64,000 bases of DNA from Acidobacteriota bacterium (GTDB lineage Bacteria > Acidobacteriota > Vicinamibacteria > Vicinamibacterales > SCN-69-37). The notes under the pieces are model-generated. The model made no database searches. It had not been told where the DNA came from and saw only the letters and a program-made list of their open reading frames with translations. A program made the position numbers and the translations under genes. The stretch spans positions 11,069 through 75,068 of the forward strand of contig SYFT01000024.1 in the NCBI GenBank assembly GCA_005799825.1, written 5' to 3'. Of the stretch, positions 18,913 through 27,842 are shown one piece after another; position 1 is the first letter of the stretch, and each line of letters begins with the position of its first letter.

Positions 18913-19512
18913 GTGGCACGCACGGCGACGGTCGACGACCTGCGCGAACTTATCCTGACGGGGTTCAAGATCGGCAAGCCGTTCACGCCGTATGTGCCCA
19001 CCCTCGCGTTGCCGTCACCGGTGGGCTGGGTGCTGGACTGCGGGTGCGGCGTCGGACGCCACTTCTCCTGTGTGCGAACCATCGGCCGCCACGTCGCGGG
19101 GTTTGACCTGCCGCCCAGGATCGCGCGATGCAGGGAACTGGCGCAGCAGGTGGAACTGCTGTCGGACGATTGGCCGTCGCCCAAGACGCGCCGCTTCGAT
19201 CTCATCTTCGCGTCGCTGGTGCTGTAACACATCGAAGTGGACGTGGTGCGCGGACACCTTCCTGATCTCGCGCGCATGGCGCCAGTGACCTATCTCCTGA
19301 CGCGCGACAGCAGTGATTTCGGCGTCAACGTGCTCGACCTGGTAGCCCAGAGCGAGGCCTTCGACGCCGGGGACTGCACCAAGGTCGATCACGATCCCGA
19401 GACGCACCAGCTTCGGGTGCTGGGACGAATGTCATTTGAGCAGGCGCGCCAGTCCACCGAACCTGCGCACTACGAGGTGCTGTTGCAGAGCAGCGGCTGG
19501 TATCAGCTTTGA
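18913..19512 (+). pseudogene. Class I SAM-dependent methyltransferase interrupted by an in-frame TAA
   Basis: Motif I VLDCGCGVGR, then FDLIFASLVL-TAA-HIEVDVVRGHLPDLARMAP. ORFs 18913..19227 and 19237..19512 share one frame. The stop at 19225-19227 sits where this family usually has Gln (VLQHI). Confidence 0.7.
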
Positions 19513-19609
19513 GACCGTCGCCTCGTAGCCACATACGGTCGATGCCCCGAAGGCACAAGCTTTCCCTTCCTCCCCCGATAGAGCGTTTTCGAGCGGCGGG
19601 TAGAGGACA

Positions 19610-19710
19610 CTCGGGCTTGAGGACCAGCCCGAGCTACGTTCCGGATGGATATCTGCTCGTGCGTAGCCCGATCCTTCCGCACGTAGCTCGGCCTGATTTT
19701 CAAGGCCGAG
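19610..19710. repeat. Pair of inverted REP-like hairpin elements (copies 2 and 3)
   Basis: Forward copy CTCGGGCTTGAGGACCAGCCCGAGCTACGT (19610-19639). Inverted copy ACGTAGCTCGGCCTGATTTTCAAGGCCGAG (19681-19710). A partial GCGTAGCCCGATCC lies between them. The pair sits between convergent genes. Confidence 0.6.
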
Positions 19711-19734
19711 GCCTACACGCAAACGAAAAAGGCT

Positions 19735-20181
19735 TTAATTCACGTAGAGCGGCCGTATCTGGAACAGGATGTAGAGCCCGATCAGGCCGCCGATGAGGGC
19801 GCCGAGAATAGACCCGCTTAGCAGAGAAAAGACGATCCCGACCAATTGGGAATAGAACATCAGCGTCCACGCAGACTTCTTGCGCGAGAACAGCCCAGGC
19901 AGCGCCAATCCGAGCAGCACCAACTGGGCCAGCAGCACAACCGTGAGGTAGGTGAACCCGGCGGCGTAGCCCACACCGCCAAACGGCACCATCGCCGTGC
20001 CGATACCGAGCATGAGGAGCAGGCCCGGCAGCGAGAGCACCAGTAGAACAAGAGCGATCCATGGACCGAACTTGACCAGGAACTCCCGGATCTCGCCGGG
20101 AATCTGGAACGGGGCTTTCTGGACGAGATAGAAGTCGAGGAACCCAACGAGGTCGCGCGGTGCCTGATCGGATGCAGTCAT
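19735..20181 (-). CDS. Small integral membrane protein of unknown function
   Basis: ATG at 20181 is preceded by AGGAGG. Four predicted TM segments (WIALVLLVLSLPGLLLMLGIG, FTYLTVVLLAQLVLLGLALPGL, and others). Confidence 0.6.
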   Translation of the reverse strand: MTASDQAPRDLVGFLDFYLVQKAPFQIPGEIREFLVKFGPWIALVLLVLSLPGLLLMLGIGTAMVPFGGVGYAAGFTYLTVVLLAQLVLLGLALPGLFSRKKSAWTLMFYSQLVGIVFSLLSGSILGALIGGLIGLYILFQIRPLYVN

Positions 20182-20216
20182 CAAAGCCTCCTGAGTAGAC
20201 GTCGCGGCATTGTAGT

Positions 20217-21749
20217 TCAAAGGGCTCCGCGCAGCCGCCCTTCTGCTTCGGCATACCGCTTCCTCAAATCGGCGTAGGTCGCCACGGCCGATTCGTGCGG
20301 GGAGACCCGGCTCGCCGCCAGCGGAGCGGCCAGATCCCTGACGACCTCGGGCCAAGGCACCGGGTCGGCTGACGCGGCCGCATCGGCGTGCCACGCCCGC
20401 AGGGCGGACCCCAGGCACGCGGAGTTACCGACCGGGAACTGATAAACGTCTGCGTCGAACACGTTGGCCATGACCTGTAATACGTCGCGGTTGGCGGCGG
20501 CGCCGCCGGTGGCGTGGATGCGCCGCACGCCCACGCCCATCCAGCGCGAGTGATTGGCCATGGCCATCATCTGCGCTTCCACCACCGCCCGCACATTGCC
20601 CGGCACATCGTCAGGCTCCAGGCCGACACGGCGCACGCCTGGCACTGGGACGTCGGGCGTGATTTCGGGATCGAACCACGGAAACATGAATCGCCCGAGG
20701 TTGCCGGTGGGTGTTGAACGTAGACTTTCCGAGAAACCGGCCCAGTCAAGCCCATAGGCGTCACGTACCCGTTCACGCGCCAGCGATCCGTTCTTGAAGA
20801 CGGTGATTCCCATGAAGTCGCCGGTCGGCGCACCGAACACGTGGCCGATGCCGCCTGGGTCCACTCTCGATTCCCGCATGATGCCGGCGACCGTGTCACT
20901 CGTACCGAGCGAGACAACGACGTGGCCGTCGGTCACCAGGCCCGTGCCAACGAGGCTCGACGAGTTGTCGCCAGTCCAGGCGATGATGCGCGCGGGGGGC
21001 AAACCATACTTCGACTGCCAGCGTGGCGCCAGTGTGCCAATCACGCTGGCCGACGGCACGATCCGCGGCAGCTTCGAGAACAAACCGGGCGCCGTGGCGT
21101 CAACCGCTGGCGGCCACCACTCATTGGCCGCGACATCCATGAGGTTCATTCCGCTGCCATCGCCGGGATCAAGCGGTGCATCCGCGCCGAGCAGCTGTGA
21201 CGCAAGGAAGGAACTGATCAGGTGGATGCGTGCAGTGCCGACGTACGCCTGCGGGTCGGCCTTGTAGAACTTTCGAATCTGCGGCCCGGCGAAACGTTCG
21301 TACGCGCGTGATCCGGTGCGCTGGGCCAGCACCGCAGCACCGCCAACCGTCGCAGTGATCTCTGCGCACTCCTCGCGCGTGCTGCTGTCCATCCAGATCG
21401 GGGATACCGATCTGGTGTACGCCTCGTCGCTGCCAAGATACACACTGCCGTGCTGCTGCGCACATCCACTGATGGCGCAGAGTCGGCTCATGTCGACGCC
21501 GCACCCGGCCACTCGAGCCAGCATCTGCTCCAGCGCCTTAACCCACATTGCCGGAGACGAGACTCTGACGAGCGGGTCGACTGAGGGCAACACTCCATGG
21601 ACGGTGCCGAACTCTGGGAACGCCTCGTCAAACGGCATCACGTGCTGCCAGAGGACTTCGGCTCGACCGGCGGTGACACCGATGAGAATGGCCGACAGGC
21701 TTTGCGTCGAGCTGTCGAACCCGAGGTAACACCTCTGCGGGTGGCTCAC
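20217..21749 (-). CDS. FGGY-family carbohydrate kinase (xylulokinase-like)
   Basis: N-terminal YLGFDSSTQSLSA, and C-terminal HATGGAAANRDVLQVMANVF typical of the FGGY fold. 4-bp overlap with the upstream oxidoreductase. Confidence 0.75.
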   Translation of the reverse strand: MSHPQRCYLGFDSSTQSLSAILIGVTAGRAEVLWQHVMPFDEAFPEFGTVHGVLPSVDPLVRVSSPAMWVKALEQMLARVAGCGVDMSRLCAISGCAQQHGSVYLGSDEAYTRSVSPIWMDSSTREECAEITATVGGAAVLAQRTGSRAYERFAGPQIRKFYKADPQAYVGTARIHLISSFLASQLLGADAPLDPGDGSGMNLMDVAANEWWPPAVDATAPGLFSKLPRIVPSASVIGTLAPRWQSKYGLPPARIIAWTGDNSSSLVGTGLVTDGHVVVSLGTSDTVAGIMRESRVDPGGIGHVFGAPTGDFMGITVFKNGSLARERVRDAYGLDWAGFSESLRSTPTGNLGRFMFPWFDPEITPDVPVPGVRRVGLEPDDVPGNVRAVVEAQMMAMANHSRWMGVGVRRIHATGGAAANRDVLQVMANVFDADVYQFPVGNSACLGSALRAWHADAAASADPVPWPEVVRDLAAPLAASRVSPHESAVATYADLRKRYAEAEGRLRGAL

Positions 21750-22747
21750 GGAACTTCCCAGCCCCCTGACGCAGCAGAGCGGAACGCCGCGTCGATGGCG
21801 GCCATGTTCTTCACCGACAGCTCGAGCGGATACGGCGCCGCGCGTGATTCCAGAATGGCGAGCGACAATTCGTCGCCTTGCGCGCGATACTGATCACACG
21901 CCGGAATCTCGAGCGTCTCCACGGTCTCGCCCAATAGATCGCCATGTGAATCCACAAAGAGGCGGCACGGCCGATCGGGCGGCGCATTAAAGGGAATTTC
22001 GACCTCGAGCCGTCCGCGTGTGCCAAAGACCTGTACGCGCTGGTAGGGCGCCAACCGCGTGCTGCAAACACCGATCGCCTGACCCGAGGGGTAGTCCAGC
22101 ATCAACGAGGCGAGAGTATCGACGCCCGACGCCGGGTCGCGCTCCACTAGGCTCATGACCCGTCGGGGTTCCTCGCCAAAGATCATCCGCGACGTCATGA
22201 TCAGATAACATCCGATATCCATCAGGCCACCACCACCCCACTCAACGACATTGCGGATATTGGTGGGGTCGTCGTTGAAATAGCTGAAGGCGCCGACGTA
22301 CGAACGCACGTCACCAAGACGGCCAGAGCGACACACGTCCAGGACACGCAGCCACTGCGGAGCAGACCGCACCATGAACGCTTCCTGGATGACCACCCCT
22401 GTACGATCGCGAACGCCGATCAGAGTCTGCGCGTCGCCCGCCGACAAGCCAACCGGCTTCTCGCACAACACATGTTTGCCGGCCTCCGCCGCTCGCGTCG
22501 TCCACGGCACGTGCAGATGGTTCGGCAACGGGTTGTAGATAGCGTCCACGTCGGGATCGGCGAGCAGGGCCTCATACGATCCGTAGGACTTCGGGATGCC
22601 GAGTGCAGTGGCGGTCGAAAGAGCCGTCGACGCTTCGCGCGATGCAATCGCCACCACCTCGGTGTACGTCCCGCCCTGCATGGCGGGAATCACCTTGTTC
22701 ACACCAATCTTCGCGGTGCTCAGTACGCCCCATCTGATCTTGTGCAT
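21746..22747 (-). CDS. Gfo/Idh/MocA-family NAD(P)-dependent oxidoreductase
   Basis: Rossmann N-terminus IRWGVLSTAKIG and the conserved EKP motif (VLCEKPV). Confidence 0.85.
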   Translation of the reverse strand: MHKIRWGVLSTAKIGVNKVIPAMQGGTYTEVVAIASREASTALSTATALGIPKSYGSYEALLADPDVDAIYNPLPNHLHVPWTTRAAEAGKHVLCEKPVGLSAGDAQTLIGVRDRTGVVIQEAFMVRSAPQWLRVLDVCRSGRLGDVRSYVGAFSYFNDDPTNIRNVVEWGGGGLMDIGCYLIMTSRMIFGEEPRRVMSLVERDPASGVDTLASLMLDYPSGQAIGVCSTRLAPYQRVQVFGTRGRLEVEIPFNAPPDRPCRLFVDSHGDLLGETVETLEIPACDQYRAQGDELSLAILESRAAPYPLELSVKNMAAIDAAFRSAASGGWEVP

Positions 22748-22908
22748 TTGTCAATCGACAATTTACCTCAGTCGAGGTCGTCGGGGCGTGGGGAGTCTGG
22801 CGCAGCGGTGCGGAATAACCCGCCACGACTGCCTAGCGCCGAGCGCAGGACATTTCTCAATCCGGCCTCAGCGCGTGGCTCGCATCTTGCTTCGTTGAGG
22901 GCCCCACT

Positions 22909-24486
22909 ATGGACCAGGAGCAGGAGCGCGACCTCCGACTCGCCCGTCTTGAAGCCGCCCCAAGGGACCTGACCGACCTTGCAACATTACTGGGCCTGGC
23001 CTTCATGGTGTTTGGTGGCGCCTATCTCCTGCGCGCGCTGACGGAATCGGGGCGTGTGCCCGACAGCGCCGGCGTGATCATCGGCATGACCTACTACGCC
23101 GGCTGGATAATCGCCGCCCACCGATCCGCCGCGACACGCCTCACGAGCGCGCCGTTCCACGGCGTCACCGCCCTGCTCGTGGCGCTGCCAATCGTCTGGG
23201 AGGCCACCGCAAGGTTCGGCCTGATGAGCCCCGACGCCGCTGCACTGACGCTGGCCGACATCAGCGCGGCCGCATTCGCCGTCGCCTGGCGCGGAGGGCT
23301 CGACGCGGTGGCGGCTGTCGCGGGATTCGGTACTGCCGCGGCCGCCTTTGCCACCGCCTCGTCCACCAAGCACTTCGCCGCGTTCTCGCTGCTCCTGATT
23401 GGTCTCAGTGTGGTGACCTATTGGATGTCCGAACAACCGGGACACGCCTGGCTCCGATGGCCCAACGCCACAGCCGTTGGACTCTCGGTGATCGGCGTGA
23501 TCATTCGCGCGCTCGGTCATCCTCCGCTGGAAACACCCGGGCTCACCCTTATCGCTCAAGCGGCGTTTGTCGGGACGATGCAGGGATCGCTGGCGGTGCG
23601 GCTGCTGATGCTCGGTCGCAATGCCCGGTTCTTCGACGTCATGCAGGCGGCGAGCGGACTGGTCATCGGCATTGGCGACGCGGTGTTGGTGATGCGCGCG
23701 TCTCCCGGCGGACTCGGGCTGATTGGCGCGGTCACGGAAATTCTGGCGCTGGGCGCCTTTCTGCGTCTGGCTGATCGCCCTCACCTCTCGGCCAGTTACC
23801 ACCTGTTGGCGGCGTTCGGGCTCGTGGCCGCGATCGCGGCGCTCGCGCTTCTTTGTTCCGGGCTCATTCTGGCGCTGGCTGCCATCACAATCGAGATCAT
23901 CACCATCGGTCTGGGCCCCCACCGCCTTGCCGGTTACGCCGCGCTGCACGGTGCGGCCTACGTACTGACCGCGCTCGCCGCGTCGGAGCTGCTCACCGCG
24001 TCGCTGACGGCCTGGATGCGCAATCCGACGCCCTGGCCCTGGGTGTCTGCGGTAGGCTGGCTGACACTGGGCACTGTCGGAATTTGCGCCACCCTGCGTC
24101 CCCCACGGCACGGCGACATCGGCGACTTGCTCGCCCGCGTTGGGCGCTTGCTTCTGGCTTCGCTGTTCGTCTTTACCGCGAGCGGAGCTGTGCTGATGGT
24201 GACGGGGCCGCACATTGCAGGCCCCCCGACGGATGCGGGCGTCTTTGCCACCCTGCGCATCACGCTCTTGTCGCTGTCGGTCATCGGCCTCGGTCTTGCC
24301 ACGCACCCACCACAGACCAGGGTTTTCACTCGACTGGTCTCTCCAATGCTCATCGTCGGCGGGTTACGATTCGTCGCCGACGACTTCCGGCACTCGGACC
24401 CAGCCACGCTGTTCATTGCACTGGCCGTTTCTGGCCAAGCCTGGGCTCTCGGTCCGCGGCTGGCTGCACGAGGCAACGTCTGCTAG
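22909..24486 (+). CDS. Large polytopic membrane protein of unknown function
   Basis: 525-aa ORF with about 14 hydrophobic segments after a charged N-terminus MDQEQERDLRLARLEAAP. No catalytic motif recognised. Confidence 0.6.
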   Translation: MDQEQERDLRLARLEAAPRDLTDLATLLGLAFMVFGGAYLLRALTESGRVPDSAGVIIGMTYYAGWIIAAHRSAATRLTSAPFHGVTALLVALPIVWEATARFGLMSPDAAALTLADISAAAFAVAWRGGLDAVAAVAGFGTAAAAFATASSTKHFAAFSLLLIGLSVVTYWMSEQPGHAWLRWPNATAVGLSVIGVIIRALGHPPLETPGLTLIAQAAFVGTMQGSLAVRLLMLGRNARFFDVMQAASGLVIGIGDAVLVMRASPGGLGLIGAVTEILALGAFLRLADRPHLSASYHLLAAFGLVAAIAALALLCSGLILALAAITIEIITIGLGPHRLAGYAALHGAAYVLTALAASELLTASLTAWMRNPTPWPWVSAVGWLTLGTVGICATLRPPRHGDIGDLLARVGRLLLASLFVFTASGAVLMVTGPHIAGPPTDAGVFATLRITLLSLSVIGLGLATHPPQTRVFTRLVSPMLIVGGLRFVADDFRHSDPATLFIALAVSGQAWALGPRLAARGNVC

Positions 24487-24496
24487 GCTTTCGGGT

Positions 24497-24967
24497 ATGT
24501 TGCGAACCCTGATGATGTGTGGAGGCCTTCTGATGGTGGCGATTCCGTTGACCGCGCAGACCCAGTTACCCACCAAACGTGTGCTGACACTGGAGGCGGC
24601 GCGACGCGTCGTGGCGGCGGCCGAAGCCGAGGCCCGCAAGAACAACTGGGCCGTGTCGATTGCGGTGCTCGACGACAGCGGACACATGATCCTCTTCCAG
24701 CGAATGGACGGTGCCAAACTCGTGGCCACGGACATTGCGATACGCAAGGCGCGCACGGCCGTCTACTTCCAGGGGCCGACCAAGGATTTGGAGGCAGAAG
24801 TCGCCGGTGGCCGAACCGCACTGTTGCCCATCGAGGGATTCATGCCGCTCGAAGGTGGTGTGCCATTGATGTCAGGCGGCCAACTCGTCGGCGCGGTCGG
24901 CGTGAGCGGAGTCAGCGGCGCTCAAGACGCGCAGTGTGCGCTCGCGGGCGCCGCGGCGATCAAGTAG
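24497..24967 (+). CDS. GlcG/HbpS-like (DUF336) heme-binding protein, secreted
   Basis: Signal peptide MLRTLMMCGGLLMVAIPLTAQ. Family pattern AVSIAVLDDSGHMILFQRMDGA...GGVPL...GAVGVSGVSGAQDAQCA. Confidence 0.8.
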   Translation: MLRTLMMCGGLLMVAIPLTAQTQLPTKRVLTLEAARRVVAAAEAEARKNNWAVSIAVLDDSGHMILFQRMDGAKLVATDIAIRKARTAVYFQGPTKDLEAEVAGGRTALLPIEGFMPLEGGVPLMSGGQLVGAVGVSGVSGAQDAQCALAGAAAIK

Positions 24968-24988
24968 CGCCTCACTCAAATAGGCGCC

Positions 24989-26290
24989 CTACCGCGCGAG
25001 TGCGAGCAGCGTCGCGAGTGCGATCTCGATGCCGCGAAGGCTCGGGACCTTGTCGATGGTAATCCACTCGTCGAGCGCGTGCGCCCGTCCACCTCGGCCC
25101 CCTGAATCCACGGTGATCGCAGGAATGCCGAGGCTGATGGGGATGTTGGAGTCGGTGCTGCTCCAGCTGAATGTCGGCCGCCCACCCGCCGCCCGAATCG
25201 ACGCCGCAGCAGTCTGGACTAGGCGCGAGTCGATCGGCGTCTCACCTGACGGCCGATCGCCGATCAACGTCAGTTCGGCCGTCACCGGGCCCTGTGCCGT
25301 GGAGCGGGCTGCGTTTTCTTCGCGCACGGCGTCGGCAATCAACGCCATCAGGCTTTCATCGAGCTTCTGCAGTTCTGCGCGTGACTCCGAACGCATGTCG
25401 AGTTCCATCCATGACTCGAAGGGAATCGAGTTCACTGATGTGCCGCCGCCCACCACGCCGACGCTGTACGTCGTTTTGGGTTTCTCGGGCACGGTCAGCC
25501 TGCCAAACCGCTGCATCGCGCTGGCCATGGCGAATGCCGGGCTCACGAGTCCGAATGCCCCATAGCTGTGGCCGCCCGGCCCCTTAAAGATCACGCGATA
25601 CCGGCGGCTGCCGACGCCACCGTGCGTGATGTTGGCCCCGCCACCGGCGCCATCCAGGGAAATGAACATCTTGATGCGGTCCTTGTACTTGCCCTTGTTG
25701 AACAGGTACTTCACACCGCGCAAGTCGCCCTGGCCCTCTTCACCCACGTTGCCGATGAACAGCAGGTCACTCTCGGTGCGAATGCCGGCTTCGTTCATCG
25801 CGCGGATCATCGCCAGCAGCACCGCCAGCGAACGAGTGTCGTCGCCGATGCCAGGAGCGGACAGCCGATCGCCGTCACGCTTGACCTTCACATCGGTGCC
25901 CTCCGGGAACACGGTGTCGAGGTGTGCGGCAATGGCAATGAACGGCGCCGTGTCCCGCTCCGGCCCGCTACCCCGGCGCAACCCCATCACATTGCCTTCC
26001 TCGTCCTGCTCAAGGTCGGTCAGACCGGAGGCACGCAGCATCTCAAGGTAGGCGGCAGCGCGCGCGGTTTCCTTGAAGGGCGGCGCCGGGATCTCGGTCA
26101 GCGTGATGATCTCTGCAATCAGGCGGTCGTGATCGCGATCGAGCACGGCCAAAGCCTTCTTGAAGCCATCGCTTGCCCGCACAGTGGCGAGGGTCGAATC
26201 ATACGGATTGGTTTGCGCCGCAACAGCCGCGCTGAGCAGGCCCACGGCGATGGCGATTTTTTGCAGTCGTGACAACATGCCCACGATCAT
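24989..26290 (-). CDS. M20-family metallopeptidase (secreted)
   Basis: Metal-ligand context AAHLDTVFPEG, GIGDDTRSLAVLLAM, GNVGEEGQGDLRG. N-terminal signal peptide. Confidence 0.8.
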   Translation of the reverse strand: MIVGMLSRLQKIAIAVGLLSAAVAAQTNPYDSTLATVRASDGFKKALAVLDRDHDRLIAEIITLTEIPAPPFKETARAAAYLEMLRASGLTDLEQDEEGNVMGLRRGSGPERDTAPFIAIAAHLDTVFPEGTDVKVKRDGDRLSAPGIGDDTRSLAVLLAMIRAMNEAGIRTESDLLFIGNVGEEGQGDLRGVKYLFNKGKYKDRIKMFISLDGAGGGANITHGGVGSRRYRVIFKGPGGHSYGAFGLVSPAFAMASAMQRFGRLTVPEKPKTTYSVGVVGGGTSVNSIPFESWMELDMRSESRAELQKLDESLMALIADAVREENAARSTAQGPVTAELTLIGDRPSGETPIDSRLVQTAAASIRAAGGRPTFSWSSTDSNIPISLGIPAITVDSGGRGGRAHALDEWITIDKVPSLRGIEIALATLLALAR

Positions 26291-26390
26291 ACGGCCTTTG
26301 CGTCAGGCTTCTGCAGGCGACAGACGCACAACAAAGCCCCAGGCAAGCCACTGAAAGATGCCCACCTTGGCGCCAAGTCAGAGTGCACGC

Positions 26391-27842
26391 TTACTTGAGA
26401 ATTTCCCGAATCACCTTGCCGTGCACATCGGTCAAACGCATGTCGCGGCCGTTGAACCGGTAGGTCAGTGTTTCGTAGTCGAGCCCGAGCAAATGCAAGA
26501 TCGTCGCGTGGAGTTCGTACACTGACTTCGCGTTCTCCACCGCCTGGTAGCCGTATTGGTCGGTGGCGCCAACCACCGTGCCGCCCTTCACGCCGCCGCC
26601 GGCCAACCACACACTGAAGCCCTTGTTGTTATGGTCGCGGCCATCCATGCGCTCTGAAATCGGCAGCCGCCCGAACTCGCCGTGCCAGACGATGAGCGTG
26701 TCCTCAAACATGCCTCGGCTCTTGAGGTCCTTGATGAGCCCCGCCAGGGGCTTGTCGGTCTCGGCGCAGTGGAGCCCGTGGTTGCCCTTCAAATCCCAGT
26801 GCGCATCCCAACTCGGCTCAAAGTTGCCGCCGCCCGAAAAAATTTGCACGTACCGCACGCCGCGTTCCACCATGCGACGGGCCATCAGCGCCTGGCGGCC
26901 GAAGTAGTCGGTGGGTTCAACGCCAATGCCGTAGAGATTCCTGGTGGCCGCCGATTCCTGTCCCAGATCAATCGCTTCTGGCGCGTGCGTCTGCATGCGG
27001 AACGCCAGCTCGTAGGAAAAGACGCGTGCCGACAGCTCGCTGTCGAGCGGATGCAGGTCGCCATGTTTTTCGTTCAACTCGGCCAGCATGCGCAGCCACC
27101 GCTGCTGCTCTTCAGGCGTGCGGCCCGCCGGCGGCTTGAGATCCACGATGGGCGACCCCTTGTCACGGATCTGGGTGCCTTGATACGCCGCCGGCAGGTA
27201 GCCATTGGACCAGTTCGGCGGACCGTTGATCGGTCCGCCGCGATGATCGGTAAAGACGATGAACCCCGGGAGGTTCTGGTTGTCGCTGCCCAAGCCGTAG
27301 GTCACCCAGCTGCCGACGCTGGGGCTGCCGGCCAGAATCGTGCCGGTATTCATCTGGAACAGCGCGGGTCCGTGCGCCGGACTGACGCCGTACATCGATC
27401 GGATCAGCGCGATATCGTCCACATGCTGCGCCATGTGGGGAAACAACTCAGACACTTCCATGCCGGACTGGCCGTGTTTCTTGAAGGCCCACGGCGACGG
27501 CATCAACCCGCCCGGATTGCCCATCACCGTGCGCACTTCCCCCACATCCTTCATCGTCTCGCCCTGCCACTTCACCAGATCGGGCTTGGGGTCCCAGGTG
27601 TCGATGTGGCTGACGCCGCCGTAACAGAAGATCGAGATAACGGCTTTGGCTTTCGCAGGAAGCGGCGCAGGCTTGGGCGTGAGAGGATTGCGCGCTTGCG
27701 CACCCAGCACGTTCTGCGACAGCAGGTCCGCAAAGGCGAGACCGGCAATGCCGCCACCGAGCCGGCCCAGCAGTTCACGCCGCGTGTACTGAAGCTTCTC
27801 GACGTGTCCGCAACCGTGATGATGATGATGGTGGTGCTTCAT
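26391..27842 (-). CDS. DUF1501 (sulfatase-fold) protein with Tat-like signal and native His7 tract
   Basis: N-terminus MKHHHHHHHGCGHVEKLQYTRRELLGRLGGGIAGLAFA. 4-bp overlap with the upstream DUF1553 gene. The DUF1501 assignment is recalled, not searched. Confidence 0.8.
   Translation of the reverse strand: MKHHHHHHHGCGHVEKLQYTRRELLGRLGGGIAGLAFADLLSQNVLGAQARNPLTPKPAPLPAKAKAVISIFCYGGVSHIDTWDPKPDLVKWQGETMKDVGEVRTVMGNPGGLMPSPWAFKKHGQSGMEVSELFPHMAQHVDDIALIRSMYGVSPAHGPALFQMNTGTILAGSPSVGSWVTYGLGSDNQNLPGFIVFTDHRGGPINGPPNWSNGYLPAAYQGTQIRDKGSPIVDLKPPAGRTPEEQQRWLRMLAELNEKHGDLHPLDSELSARVFSYELAFRMQTHAPEAIDLGQESAATRNLYGIGVEPTDYFGRQALMARRMVERGVRYVQIFSGGGNFEPSWDAHWDLKGNHGLHCAETDKPLAGLIKDLKSRGMFEDTLIVWHGEFGRLPISERMDGRDHNNKGFSVWLAGGGVKGGTVVGATDQYGYQAVENAKSVYELHATILHLLGLDYETLTYRFNGRDMRLTDVHGKVIREILK

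Noticed and set aside
18594-19277. 227-aa minus-strand ORF.
   Set aside because: It is antisense to the methyltransferase reading frame, which carries a clear SAM motif. Its composition is Arg/Ser/Pro-rich.
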